This document shows, piece after piece, positions 41,988 to 56,430 of a stretch of 64,000 bases of DNA. How positions within the stretch are numbered: position 1 is the stretch's first letter; each line of letters begins with the position of its first letter. A program made the position numbers and the translations under genes. This stretch comes from the human T2T-CHM13v2.0 reference genome, Homo sapiens. Location: NCBI RefSeq assembly GCF_009914755.1, contig NC_060942.1. One strand, 5' to 3'. The notes under the pieces were generated by a model. The model was not told where the DNA came from. It did no database searches and was given only the letters and a program-made list of their open reading frames with translations.

Positions 41988-42624
41988 TTTAAGTTGATTT
42001 CAAATATGATGATATCATTGAAGATGCAGTAAGTTGAAAAAAATCCTTGGGAAACTATGAATAGTTTTGAATCTTACAGTTGTAGATTTTACTTAGGGTA
42101 ATTTCTTCTAAACTTTCATCAATAGTAACAAGTTACTATAGTTGAGTGGATTGTCTTTTATGACTTTATGACCTGTTTCTTACACACATATGTGCAACAC
42201 ACATACTACATTTTCCATGAAGCTATCATGTATTTCTAAAGTAACATCTTAAAATTTGCTGTTTATTTTTTATTTTTATTTCTATTGAATTTTTAAAACT
42301 ATCAATGGAAAAGGAATTACTTGGATAAAGGAGAGATAAAGTAAGGAAAAGCAATAGGGCAGGAAGAAGAGGATTACTGCTTCCACCTACACTGGTGGTG
42401 TTCCATGATCACGAACACAAGCTTTCTATATATTTGCTGTTCCCTCAGGATAGTTTGGGCATTTTAGAGCCACAAGTAGCATGAGGAGACAAACTGAGTT
42501 TCATTCTGGAAGCCAGATAGAACACCTCTGAATAGATTACACAACAAGGAAAGGGACATGGCCCACATTCTAACCACAAGACAGAACAGCACAGTCTCTC
42601 TTAGCAGCTGTTGCAGGGTCAGCA

Positions 42625-43380
42625 GGGATGAGCTTGGCACCACTGTAGGTGCTGAGGACACAGTTAAAAATGAGAAAGACCAGATTCCTGTTCTCTAGTG
42701 AGATTAAATTCTAATACTAGGGAAATAGCACATAAACAGGTAAGCAAATGATTGAAGAGGTAATTTCACTTAATCAAACTGTAATAAATGACATGGTGCT
42801 GGAGGTGACACTGCTTTTATTGCATTGTCAAGAACGACCTCAATGAGGCTCCAGCCTTTGAGAGGGACCTGCAGGATGCAAAGGTGCCAGCACTGCACAG
42901 AGAGGTGTAGGTGGATAGGCTGGGAAGCATACTTGAGCCTGTGGAGTTCCAGGCACAGAAAGCAGACTTCTGTGGTGGACACACAGCGCGAGGGGGACAG
43001 GAAGGTGCTGAGAGGGAGGTAAGCAAGGCTCAGGTCCTGTTGCCCTTGGCACGGGACTTAAGGGCCTTATGTTGTATCTTCAGTTGAATAGGAAACAGAG
43101 GTTTAAGATCTTGTTTATCGTTTGAAAGTTCACTCTGGCTGACTCGGGCCAGGTGGTGGTGGTGGAGACAGAGCCGTGGTGATGACTTAGGAATCTTAGG
43201 ATGGCAGTAGGTGGATGGTGGCTCCATTGACCAAGATGGCAAGGCTGGGGGAAAAGCAAGTTTGGGGACTGTGAGGTAGGATCTCATATTCCTTTTTGAA
43301 CACTTAGTACTGAGAAGCCTTTTAGACACCAGAGTGGAGATAGCAAAGGATTGTGTAGCTGCATATGTACATCTTGAGTT
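42625..43380 (-). mobile_element. L2 LINE 3' fragment
   Basis: ggcaccactgtaggtgctgaggacacag...agaccagattcctgttctctagtgag...ccattgaccaagatgg...ttttgaacac...tagacaccagagtggagat. Confidence 0.7.
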
Positions 43381-45017
43381 TACATGGATCAGAACTTTTA
43401 ATTTTCTGATTTTTCTGAAAATAGTCTAACTTTGCATAGAATTAAATCCTGAAGTTGTTTGAAAAATCTAACCTTTATCAAACTTTGCTGTATATACTTT
43501 TCTCTCATTTGTTCAGTAGCAGTAAAACAAAATCACCGATTAACCCTTATGTGGCGCAGATGAATGTCTTTAAGCCAGCTTGCAAATTTAGATCACTGCA
43601 TCCTGCTCACAATATGGATAAAATTTTCACAGCTGATTTAGAAACTATTCTCTATTTTTGTTCAGTTTAGGGGAAAAAATTGGCCCCATAGGGCCTTCTT
43701 GCAGCATGACCCAATTCCTTTACTTCTTAGCTACTTTATGTCTAGAAAAATGGGATGATCTGGGTATGAAGAAATCTCTAATTCGTCTTTTATTTTGGTA
43801 CTTGGCCACTCTCCTTAGAACCTGGTGGGACAATTTAGTATAGACATCTTTGAGAGTCTCTGTCAGAGCTTTGCTGTCTAGCCTTTCTTCTATCAGCATT
43901 TCTAATGATCTAGAAATAACTCCAGACTGGATGAACAGGGCCCCCTTCAGAAGGTCTTTCTTTGTCTTGCCAGGAGGATATGATTCATATTTCCATAGAA
44001 CAAATCATACATGGAAACTTCTGGATGAAGCCAGTCAGATATATTTGATGACCTCTACACCCACCAGAAAGTGGCAATCCTTCCTTCCCGCAGGCTGAGC
44101 ACTAGTGCAGGGATGGGCAGTTCGCAGACACAGGGAAAACAGTGCCCCACTTTTTTCAGACACGAGGAATAGTGAAAGTGGGTTGATTAGCTTGCTGGGC
44201 TAACCACAGGCTGCCTTTACACTGTTAGATGCCTTCCAGAGTTCATAGTTCACCAGTATGACTTTGGCTTTGAGTGATCTTTGGATCAAACATGACTTTC
44301 TGCTGCTTTTCTTTCTTTCGTGATTTTTGTTTTCCTTTTTGCTTCTTAGATTTCTGACAGTACCCTTGTACAGAGTTGAGGATGATAACCTTTGAAGATG
44401 CAGATAGATAGGAGGCAAATTCCCCCTTCTGTTGACCACATCAGCCTCGAAGAGCTTCCCTAGGAAAGCTGTCATTCCACATTCCAGGGTCCTGTGATAG
44501 GCAGGTTAGGCCACTTTCCAGCTCATAGTCTTTTTCCTGACCTGGGAGACAGCAACCAGAACAAACCCTGGTTGTCTCAAACCCACGCTTATAGCTCTGC
44601 ATCAAGGCGGACATCTGACCACACCATCGGAGTGTGGGAGACTCACATACCAGGTCCAATAGTTTAAACTGATTTTCCTTCGTGCCACTTTCTCTCTCAC
44701 TATTGGAAGGGAAGACGGTTCAGTTCACTGAGCGTTGCTTGAGCCACTTGCACAGAAGGCCCAGTGGTCAGTGTTGCACAAGGTGTGAAGTTGTGAATTG
44801 GTCCCCGCCTCTGAGGGTGTGCAGTTGAGATGGATGTGTAATGTGTGGCTGCTATAATAGAATATAAACTGTGCCCATGGTGGCAAGATAGGGGAGATTT
44901 TGCTACATAAGAACACACTGAAGCTTTTAAGTCTAGGATTTTATTTGTTAGAGATAAAGAAGTAAACTTGTGGTAGAAGGAAAATTTTGAGTGTGTGAGT
45001 TTGTGTCTTGGACAGAG

Positions 45018-45019
<2 letters not shown>

Positions 45020-45055
<36 letters not shown>
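45020..45055. repeat. (TG)n microsatellite, ~17 units
   Basis: Perfect GT run. Confidence 0.98.
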
Positions 45056-45059
<4 letters not shown>

Positions 45060-46124
45060 GGAGAGGGAAAATGTGTCCAGGGTTGACTGTAGGTATATTT
45101 TCAGGCAAGAAGAGAAATCTGTAAATTTGCTCAACCAATATTTAATTTATCTGGTGCTAAGAACAGTGCTAGCCCCATTAGGAAATAAAATTGTAAATAT
45201 GAAACTGAGGGAGAGTCTGCCTTCAGGAAGCTGACATTCTAGGAGACAAGTGAGATCAGCTCACAGGTACGGGTATGCTGGTTGGTGCAAGCAAGGACCA
45301 GTAGCACCTGCTGCAGTTTAGTTACAGCTGAATGTATCGCAGGCTAGTGAAGGAAACGGTGGAGAAGGGCTCCTTTGGGATAAGGGACCCTTATGGAAAA
45401 AAAAAAAAAAAAGAGGCAGGAAATTAGGGCACAATTAGATGTGTGCTTCTAGAAGCTTCGTGGGACCCAGTATTATGTAAGGAGTTAAGAAGTTTTAAAT
45501 GAAGGACAAAAAATAGGTTAAAAACTTAAAGAAAATATTTAGTCATGCACGTTTTTTCAGAGAATTTGAGCATAAAACTTCAGGAGCCTGTAACTCAAAG
45601 CCCCTTGGCCACTCCTCAGCATCTCACACTCTCAGTGATCCCTGCCTCTTATCCACCTTTCTGCCCTCTCCCCTTTCCTCCGTGGAGCACTTATAACAGT
45701 TACCTTTATTTACATGTTTAAAATCCCCCTACCTTCTGTATTGGTGTTAGGGATGGGCTCTACCACTGTTTGCCCAAGCCTTGCCTTTTACTATTCCTTT
45801 GTTTGCAGGGAGCTGCTGTGTGTGTATTTGGGGAATGCCTGCCTGCTGCCCTTCCCGAGTGAGCCCTGCTCCCCCAGCACACAGCATGCTGCTTATTTCC
45901 TTTTTCTGGCACTGGTCCAGATCTGGCCTGGGCTTTGCCCTGCAGCTTCCCTGTGCCCAGTGTAACTGACTCAGAAGGAGGGTCGATGCCTCCGTTTCTA
46001 ACCTTCCTCATTTTTTACAGATCTCTTTAGGTGTTTGATGGATAAACCGTCTGAGTTATAGTAAAGGTAACTATCATTGCTTCAGAGTGTGCCAAGGCCA
46101 GGCTGACTTCATCAGAGGCTTTGT

Positions 46125-46260
46125 GGAATGCTTTATTTCATTTAATCCTAACAACACGACTGTGAGTTAGATATCATTGTCATCATGTGCTTCCTAGAGG
46201 TGAAGTCACTGTGGCTTGACCAGGCTGAGTAACTTGCTCAGAGCCACAGAGCTAGTAGGC
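46125..46260 (-). mobile_element. MIR remnant
   Basis: atttcatttaatcctaacaacac...gtgagttagatatcatt...gagtaacttgctcagagccacagagctagta. Confidence 0.7.
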
Positions 46261-47048
46261 GGTTCCTCTGCATGGATCACCCACCGACCCCACTTGCCCT
46301 GGGGAAGCTTTTATTTGGGATCGAAGATCAGTGATGAGGCCCTTTACCAACCTGACTCAAGTGGAAATGTGCTACTGCAGAAGGCTGTCCCACATTAGAT
46401 TCTGAATTTCCTTCCAGAAGAGGTCATTTTCCTGAGGATAAATAGTGGGACAAAAGACAATTAAAGATTCTTATTTCCAGATATCCTCAACCTGTCCTGG
46501 GAGAATAAAACCTACTATTAAATGTGTTGAAAGTGTATTTACACATGACTGTCTGATAAATGGTCACTACAGGGAAGTTTGCAGGAATTTTACTTTTCAA
46601 ATGGGTTTATTCTTTTCTGAAAGAAAATAGTATATCCCCCTTTTGTTCGCTTTACTACTTTTCAAGACCAGATAACATGTTGATGATCATGGTATAAACC
46701 TACTAGTATATTTTCATTCTAAAGAATGGAACAATATAGAAAGAGTCACATACAAATTACTTGGAGAAAGATCATTCAGTGAGGCTTACATTAAAAAAAA
46801 AATCCAATACTAGATGTGAAATAATAATGCCTGTTAGTACTGGTAATATACTGATATCTTGTTATTGTTACATTAAAGCAAGATGAAATATCAACCACTT
46901 CTAATATTATTCATCAGGATGCTAAGAGTAACATGCGCTCATTGAACATTTTTAATTTTTCTTAATACTAGAAATTCTAATGCCTATCTTTGCTGAAGGG
47001 CTTTTTTTTTTCTTTTATGGAGTTTTAATTTTTCTTTTGTATGTAACC

Positions 47049-47339
47049 TTTTCTTTTTTGAGACAGGATCTCACTGTGTCACCCAGGCTGGAGTGTAGCT
47101 GCCTAATCTCGTTCACTGCAGCCACCACATCCTGGGCTCAAGCAGTCCTCCCACCTCAGCCTTCTGAGTAGCTGAGACTTACAGGTATCCACCATCACAC
47201 CCAGCTAATTTTTGTATTTTTTGTAGGGATGAAATTTCACCATGTTACCCAGTTTGATCTTGAACTCCTGAGCTCAAGCGACCTGCCCATCTTGGCCTTC
47301 CAAAGTGTTGGGATTACAGGCGTGACCCACTGCGTCTGG
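47049..47339 (-). mobile_element. AluJ
   Basis: Dimeric Alu (cctgggctcaagcagtcctcccacctcagc). Approximate TSD tgtaac(c)ttt. Confidence 0.9.
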
Positions 47340-48656
47340 AGCATTTGTGTAACTTTAAAAATACACAAAACTAGTCCAGGTCTCCCTTTACTGTTCACTA
47401 CATTTTTTCAACATTATTACTTACAGATATTATGTATTCTTTCTTCAATTGATTACTCATATTGGCAGTTACTTTCGTATTTGTTGTATTTCTACCCCTG
47501 TTGTTTCTAAATACTTTAACAGGTATATTCCAGCTCTTGTTTTCCTCTCTACCCACTCCTTAAAATACATGTTTCCATTTCTATGCTTTTCCATCTGCCA
47601 TCCCAAGAATATATTTTTAGATAGGTGCTTAGGGAGACTCTATTAAAGAATGCATCTTCCAATATGAAGCTGTGATTCTTACAGTTATATACTGGGACCT
47701 GAGGACCTCATGCCACTGAATGTCCTTCCTGTACCAAGTTCAGTATACAATTAGAATGCGTCCTGTGTTCCTCCGCTGATACTTGATGTCGGTGCCTGTG
47801 AAGCTTTTACTCTGCCCCACTCCTTACAGGATGGTTTGGTTTTATGCCACTGTGGTCTTTTTCTTTTCTTCATTTCCCCCTCTCTTTTCATATCTACATT
47901 CTAATCTAGACAACTGTGTTGACAGTTCTTTCTAGGAAGATTTACAGCAGAATTATTTTCACTTTTATGGTAAGCTACTCAAAGTTTTTTTTTAATGTGT
48001 GTATGTACTTTATTAAAAGTTCTCTTTGCATTGCTTTGTTTTGGCTATTTTAATTCACAATAATTGGCAGTGACCTCTAATATATAAAGCATAGTTTTTT
48101 CCACAGTACACTATAGGTGTTGGAATTCCTTACTCAGTGAACCAAATGAGTATATGTTGGGCTATTTGAGTTAAACCAGATTGATTGCTTCAGATTCTTT
48201 TGTCTCATTTAAAATGGAGATCTTTTAGATGCTTTTATGTATAATTTCAAACTGTTTTGCAGCCATCAATCATCTTTTTTTCACTATTGATTATCTAGGA
48301 GTTATCTATTTTTAAATGGTTTATAATTTATATACTTCTGTTTCCTGTGCCATTAATTTCACTATTATTGAGTAGACTGTCTGCAAAGTTGGAGTTGAGA
48401 AAAAAAAATACATATATCTCTAAATACAGCTGTATTAAATGCTTGAAGAAACACCCTAAAACGGACAATTTCTTGTTTATCTATTATATTTATACTTTCA
48501 TGTATCATGCTGATAAGTGTAGTTGAGAGTTGTAGTTTGGACTTTAATATTGTATTTAAGAAATAATTTCATTGGTGCACATCTCTATTAGTAGGGAAAA
48601 CAATTGCCATTGTACATTCAAAATTATTAAATTACTTACTATTAGAGGAACATAGA

Positions 48657-49050
48657 GTATCTGTCAGATTTCCTCCAGAGAAATAGAACCAGTAGAAGGT
48701 ACATACACACACACTGGAGATTAATTACAAGGAATTGTGTTATGCGATTTTTGGGTAGCTAGGCAAGTCTGAAATCTGATGAGCAGGTTGGAAATTCTTG
48801 GACAGAACTGATGTTGCAGTTTACATGCAGAATTTTTTCTTCCTTATGGAAACCTTAGCTGTGCTCTTAGGCCTTTCATCTGATTGGAGGAGGCTGTTCA
48901 GATTACAGAAGATGAGAATGTCCCTCTCTTCAAGGCAACTGATTTCAGCTGTTAGCACATCTACAAATACCTTTAGAGAAACACCTGGATTTGTGTTTGA
49001 TTGAATAACTTGGGACTATAGCCTCTCCAGGTTACTAAATGTAACTGACA
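48657..49050 (-). mobile_element. MLT2-family (MLT2C/D-like) ERVL LTR
   Basis: ctccagagaaatagaaccagtag...aaggaattg...ggcaagtctgaaatctg...aggcctttcatctgattggaggaggc...cacatctacaaatacc...gtgtttgattgaataactt. Confidence 0.85.
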
Positions 49051-49929
49051 AGAATCCATTGAAAATGCATTGCCAGTTGCTAAGCAGTGTGGATACCCAC
49101 ACTTTCAGGTACCCATACTGTAGGTATCTAAAAACTATGTGTGTATGTATTGAAAGAGCACATTTATGAAGATTTTACCAAGAGATTATGGGAATTAGTA
49201 ATAAGGAATAGAAGAGGGAATAGGGAATGACATCAGTCATAGTGATATTTACTTATGGATACCAGGAAGAGTCAAAAAACAGAAAACACCGTTAGACTCT
49301 ATAAAGCACGGAAGAGGACCTAAGGAAGCAAGTGAAGAATTTCTTCTTTTTCAAATTGAGTTTTGTGGGGAAATTTAATGTCCCCTTGAACATCATCAGC
49401 CCTGGCATATTAGATTAGGCAGAGATCTGAGATTCTAGACCAATACTCTTACTTTAGAACTGTACAGTTGGAAGTTGGAAACATGAAGACTTTGGAAAGA
49501 TTCTGTCCTCTTCAATATACACATGGCTTTCGGGAAACCACACTTTCTTGGTCTTTCCCATACCTTACTAGTAACTCCTTCTCTAGTCTCTTTTGTTGGT
49601 TCATCCTCTTCTGCACACACCATTCATGCTGGAAGATGCAGGACTTAGTCTTTGGCCTGTCCCAGGTTTGCCTCATTTTCTTAGGGGTCTTACCCAGTGC
49701 TGTGGCTGTCAGTGGTCTCTGTGGGCCAAGAACTCTCAAGTTGGTGATCTCGAGCCAGACCTTTCTCCCAATCCTCCAGGTCATATTTCCATCTGCTGAT
49801 TTAGTCTCTCCATGTTGATGTCTAATAGGCATCTCAAATTTAATTTGTCCAAGTGGAAAAACTCGTTTATTCTTCACCACCTCACCATCCCTCCCACCCC
49901 AATCCACAAGTGCTTGCCTCTCTTACAGA

Positions 49930-50065
49930 TTTTATTTTATTTTTTGAACATTGAGATAGATCTTGCTTGTTGCCCATGCTGGCCTTGAACTTCTGGGCTC
50001 AGGCACTCCTCCCACCTCAGCTCCCCGAGTTGCTGGCACTACAGGCATGCCCCACCACACCCGGC
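49930..50065 (-). mobile_element. Alu monomer (FLAM-like)
   Basis: T-tail followed by ttgcccatgctggccttgaacttctgggctcagg...acaggcatgccccaccacacccggc. Confidence 0.85.
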
Positions 50066-50544
50066 TGTAGACTTTCCTGTCCCAGCTGATGAGATCACCA
50101 TCTTCCTGTTTACATAGGCCATAGCCTTTGTAGTCATCCTGGACTTCTGCCTCTCATAGCTCACATCCTATCTATCATGTTCAAAATAGATTCTGAATTT
50201 TATAGCTTCTCATCACTACAATCATCTGTTTGAATTATGCCAGTGGTCTCCTAATTAGTCCTCCCAACTAACTCCGTCTTCCCTCATGGGATCTCTTCTC
50301 AGTTTGGTAAACACATTGATGCTGAAAGTGAGAACACATGACTCATTTGCGCAGAGCTCCTCCCTGGTGCCTCAGTTCTCTTAGAGAAAACCCAGTGATG
50401 AGGTCTCTGTTGTCACCTCTCAGGCCCACCTTTCACCTGCTGTCTCTCTCCTGCACTGCTCCGGTGTGCTGGGCTCTTCGCAAGGCGTGCCCCCTCTTCA
50501 GTGCCCTTTACTATCTGGATTATTGCTTTGCCAGATTTTCTCAT

Positions 50545-50745
50545 GTAGTAATGAGCTGAAACCAGCTCTTATAAGGTGGGCCAATTGTTAAACTTTAAGG
50601 AATTTTGTGAACTGGTTGCCATTCTTTTCGTAGGCTGAAATGGGCCACGGTGGAGGCTTTTCACCATAGGAATGAGCAAGCCCTGCATATTAGTTCCTCA
50701 CTCCACCCCCAGCCTCAGGGGGGCTGCTAACTGTTTACCACCAGG
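50545..50745. mobile_element. MER63-like hAT DNA transposon remnant
   Basis: ccagctc...gccaattgttaaactttaaggaattttgtgaactggttg...ggccacggtggaggcttttcaccatagg...aactgtttacca. Confidence 0.65.
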
Positions 50746-51988
50746 TCACCCTCACGGCTGATCATTACCCTTCATCCCTTTGCTCACCGCTTCCCTTCTC
50801 AGTGAGGCCCGTCCTTACTGTTGAATTTAAAGTTGGCGGTACTCCCAAACCTCCTCACCCTGCTCTGTTGTTTCCAGCAGCACTTGTTATTTTTAAACAT
50901 GCTATGTGAGTGTGTGATTTATGAACTTTTGTTTGCTATTTATCACCTGTGTTCACCCAGGTGCCCACCACAGTGACTGCTACGTAAAAGGCCCTTAGTG
51001 AATAAATGAATTGAAAGGTTGTTGCTAATGATGTTAATTGTAGAATCATTTCAAGGCTTCTATGCCAGGTACTAAGAGAGAAAGGGATTTGTTTGTGTGT
51101 TTTGTTTTAGAGCAACACTGATGAATTTGAGCCATGTGCATAGATTTTAGGAAATTCCGTGATGAAACTCATGAAAAAGAGGTATAGTCAGTCTTCTAGG
51201 TTATCCCTAGACTCAAGTATCCAGCTTGCTTTGTAAAAATGTCAGCGTCATTAGGAACTATGAATCCTTCATGTTATCTCCTACGTTTGTACCTTATTAC
51301 TAACGTTGCAGTCCTAAAATTGTGAACTTTCTTTTTCGTGAAAATTTACATTTTGGATTACAGTTTAATATTATGTTCCTGAGGTGAGATTCATAGTCCT
51401 TATTCTTAAGATTAGATTAAGATAGCTTAGTCTTACATGATTTAGATTTCTTTGGTCTTTGTGTTATTTTGGTCAGACATTTATGCATTAATATTTTTTG
51501 GAAAGGTTGCCTAAGATTTTTTTATTCTGTTGGATACTAGGCTGTAGGCTCTTTCAGATCCTAGCTTACCTTATTCATGGCTAAATTGCCCGCACCACTT
51601 AGCAAATGTGGTAGAAACGACAGGTGCCTAATAAAAGGATCTTTGATTTAACTCAGTAGCCAATTTCACTTTCTTTGTGTTGGCCCATAAATTTACAGCC
51701 TCTTTGAAACTCCATTATAACATTGTTAAGTGCACTTCTCATATTTGAAGTAAATTATTTTATAATTTGCTTATATAAAACAAAGTATTTCAAAAATTTT
51801 TAAATTCCTACTACTGTGTTTAAATCTTTTTAATAATGATTTATGACACTTAATGGAGTAACAATATTGTTCATATTGATGCTTTCAGCTGCGTTTCCTT
51901 CTATCCTCGTATTGTTCCTTGTTAGGTCATTAGTTTGTTTTTGAAAAACAGTGACGCCTTTTTGACCCTGGAAGTTTTTCCCTAGTGA

Positions 51989-52008
51989 TGTGTGTGTGTG
52001 TGTGTGTG
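51989..52008. repeat. (TG)10 microsatellite
   Basis: Perfect TG run. Confidence 0.9.
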
Positions 52009-52102
52009 AGATTCCTTTTCATTTTCTTTGACCTGTTGAGTGTGTCATTTAGACAAATGTTTGCTTATTTTATATACTATATTGTTCCCTTTTCGGCTAT
52101 GC

Positions 52103-52399
52103 TATTTATTTATTTATTATTTTTTGAGACAGAATATCGCTCTGTTGCCCAGGATGGAGTGCAGTGTTGGAATCTCGGCTCATTGCAACTTCTGCCTCCT
52201 GGGTTCAAGTGATTCTCATGCCTCAGTCTCCCAAGTAGCTGGGGCATGAACCAACACGCCCAGCTAATTTTTGTATTTTTAGTAGAGACAGGGTTTCTGC
52301 ATGTTGGCCAGGCTTCTCTCGAACTCCTGACCTCAGATGACCTGCCCGTCTTGGCCTCCAAAGTGCTGGAATTACAGGCATGAGCCACCGTGCCTGGCC
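52103..52399 (-). mobile_element. AluS (Sx/Sz-like)
   Basis: (TTTA)n tail, dimeric Alu and approximate TSD ct(a/g)tg(c/t)tattta. Confidence 0.92.
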
Positions 52400-55300
52400 C
52401 TTCTGTGTTATTTAATACTAACTTTTCATGGGCTCTATAGATATAAGTATGTTTCTCACATCTATCCACTTAAGGAGTTGAGCTTCCTGCATGAGACATA
52501 GTAATGCTTAACCAAAAATACTTTGACGAATGAGTATATTGGGCATATGTGTTTTATATTTCTATTTTTTGTAGTATTTTCTCTTAATTACTACTTTTTG
52601 AGTGCTTCCTGCTTCATCTTCTTTGGAAACTAACCCTGTTAAAATAAACCAAATATTTATATAAATAAAACATATGTAAGTTCTAAACTTTCTATATTTC
52701 TAGATCGTTTATATTTATTCAGTCATATTAAGATTACAGAGTTAAAAATGAAAAATTGCATAGTTTTTACCTTAACACAAATTTGATTCCAGTGGAGACA
52801 TATATATATCTTCTCTTAGAATAAAATGAACAAAAGTGTACCTTATCCACACTTCATCTTTACTTTTTCATTTGTTTAAAAATGATGATTAAAAGTGTAT
52901 TACAGAAGATAACAGCACAATGAAAGAATTCTCTTACCTATATGCTTCCTATGCATGGGACTAGCAAATCTGATCTTATTTAATACTATGATTTATTCTC
53001 AGTGTCTGTAAACTTATACTCATACTGGAGGGAATGAGATTATGCTTGGAGAATCCCAAAATCTTGCTTTAATTTTTTTTCCTTTTTCTGCTATCTTGGT
53101 TTATGCTAGAACTATGCAAGAAATATGTATTGAATTTATCAAGAGTACACAGATCTTACCTTACAGCATAACAGCAGCCCCTTGAAGGGATAAGCCATGT
53201 TCCACTTGTGTTTATTTATCATAACCTCATATAGTAAATGTATGATTTTATATAAAATCATATTTATATAGTTGTCTTAGTAAATGACTGGAAAAAATTC
53301 CAACTTTATTAAATATGCAACTTAGTTTAAACATGAAGCATGAACTATATTCTGGAAAAATGTTTCTAAGGTGTTAAAAATATAGATGAAAGTGTTGAAT
53401 TTCAGGAAAAATTGATGTAAAACAATTAGGCTGTAAATACTCTCAAGTCTCAAGCACTGCCACAAAACATTGTCAGCCGGCCTATGTCCACCCCTCCAAC
53501 CTTGACTCTACTGCCCTGCTCCTCTACATGCTTGCTGACACCATCCTGAGTCTTTTTCCCTCCTTGGCTGAGCCGTGCTTTTCCTTCCCCCATGGCTTGC
53601 TTCTCCTCCCCCATGGCGTGAGCTTCTCAGAATCCTCCCCTGAGTTTCCGCAGTTGGACGGTGAACCCCTCTGTGAGCTGGAGCACCCTTGAGCACAAGG
53701 CGCTTGCCTGTGTCATAGCATTTCTGCCCACTTGGAAATCCAGCTTCCCTCAGGACTTCAGATTCTTCTCTAAGGCACAAATTGCATTTTGTTCTCCTTT
53801 GCGTGCCTGTGTTCATGCCCTTAACACAAGTATTTATGATGAATGACTAAAGTAGTTTGAATGATATATTTAATATGCATCTGTATTATTGATCTAATAA
53901 TGGCTTTTTAAATAGTAAGTTAAATTAATACTTGTATTCAAAATATACCTCAAAAAGATACATATTTATATACACATATAAATGGTAGTTATCTTTTATA
54001 AGAAATATTGAAAACACAATCTGATGTTTTTCAAAATTTTTAAATTATTTAAAATATAAATTTGTAAAAATTACCCATGCAGAATTATATATTTAGAGTC
54101 ATCAAAATGGGGAAACACCATGAGAAAACAAGATAAAATGCTTTTTAAGGTCCTGTCCTAGGGAATCTGATGGGGCCCAGAGGGAGTGCCATGATAGGGT
54201 TTTGAAAGGCCACCAATAAAGGACTCTTCAATGTTAAACTCATCCTTGATGCGTCTGCCCTAAATAAGCTGAAGAGAAATCAGCCTAAGAAGAGACTAAG
54301 GGCACATAGGCATCCAACTAATGATTGAAAAGCAAGTTCTGAAAGTGAAATACCAGAAGGAAGAAGAGCCAGGTGATCCTGATTGATGATTCCGGAGTAA
54401 AGCGTGTGGCTCAGGCCATCTGTGACCCACATAAAGAGAGCAGGATGCTCTGCTGCCTTCAGGGTGCCCGGCTTGAAGGCAACCAGAAGGGCAAAAGAGA
54501 TCCCAGAGAGAATGCAAGAATTGTTACTTAATTTTAGTCAACCTTAAATTTCTTCATCGTAAATTAAAATTTATAATAATTGAAAAGAAAGCACTGTGAT
54601 ATGTTGGTGATGCTAAAGTTCTCCTCCTTGAGTTTATGTTTGCTTTAAATGTGTTTGGAATCAACCAGCGGTGTTTGGTGATTTACCAGATAATCTACTA
54701 AGAGATGTCTTTTGCTGAAAACCAGTAATGGAGAGATAGCGAGAATTAGCTTCTACAACTTTTCAGTTTGGAAATGCATTATGAAACATGATTTTCATCT
54801 AAACATAAAAGAATTATTTAACCTTTTTCATTATAGTAAGGATTATTGATATCGCAAGCCATTAGAAATGAAGAATACTTTTTATTCCCATTTAATTTCC
54901 TTTATTTCTTAGTTGTTTATTTTGTTGGCATTCAAAAAATGAGAAAATTCTACAAAGTTCATAATTTGATTGTATTTGTAAGTCATTTCATCATCAGAAG
55001 GAAATTACACTATAACTAAAAGCTTAAGTGAATGCTGATCTATTTGAAGAAAGTACTAAAATATACAATGAAGTTTTGCAAGGAAAAGATTGAGTTTAAC
55101 TGTACAGCATGAGCTAATTCTTCCAGAAGGTGTTATCTTGAATGAAGAGTGCTTTTACAAAAATGTTGGGGAGATACATAATAGCAGAGAATAAGTAAAT
55201 CCATTCATAATTGAAGATTGAGATGAATTAATGAAATTAGTTTTAAAATGGTTGGGCTACCAACTGATTATGTAAGTTAGTTGTTAATATAGGAAAAAAA

Positions 55301-55729
55301 AATCCCTCACACTTTGAAATGAGGCCCTAGACAGGCAGAGGAACTGGTAAATATAGCTACTTAAAATCTAAGTAAAATAATTCCTTGAAATTTGAGTAAA
55401 TCTATATCAACTTGGCTCTTTTGTATGCAACTTAGGGTTTTTAGGAAAGTATCTAATTAACTTCATGCCTCACTAGAAATTATTTTTGAGAGATGCTAGT
55501 GAATCGGGAGGAAATGTGAACATTCAAAATGGTCTATTACAATCTTATAAATCTTAGAATAGCATTAAGAATATGGTCACAGAATTAGAAATTATTGATA
55601 TTCAATCATTTTATATAAAATACATCCTAACAAACAGCTTAAAGTAGCATCAGTTCATATACAGTGTTGGAAAAGCATTGTATTAATAAACCTTTTCTAA
55701 CAATGTCTGAACTGGGATGTTAAAACGTC

Positions 55730-56054
<325 letters not shown>

Positions 56055-56096
56055 TAGAGAATATAAAAATAATTTTATCTTAAAAAGTGGTTTACA

Positions 56097-56430
<334 letters not shown>

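Larger units (their letters stand above)
49500..51015 (+). mobile_element. L2 LINE, interrupted by FLAM and MER63
   Basis: gatgtctaataggcatctcaaatttaatttgtccaa, gtcatcctggacttc, and 3' end cacagtgactgc...tagtgaataaatgaattgaa. Confidence 0.75.

Noticed and set aside
44700-45138. ORFs with (TH)n repeats (also 61327-61635)
   Set aside because: Translations of CA/TG microsatellites.
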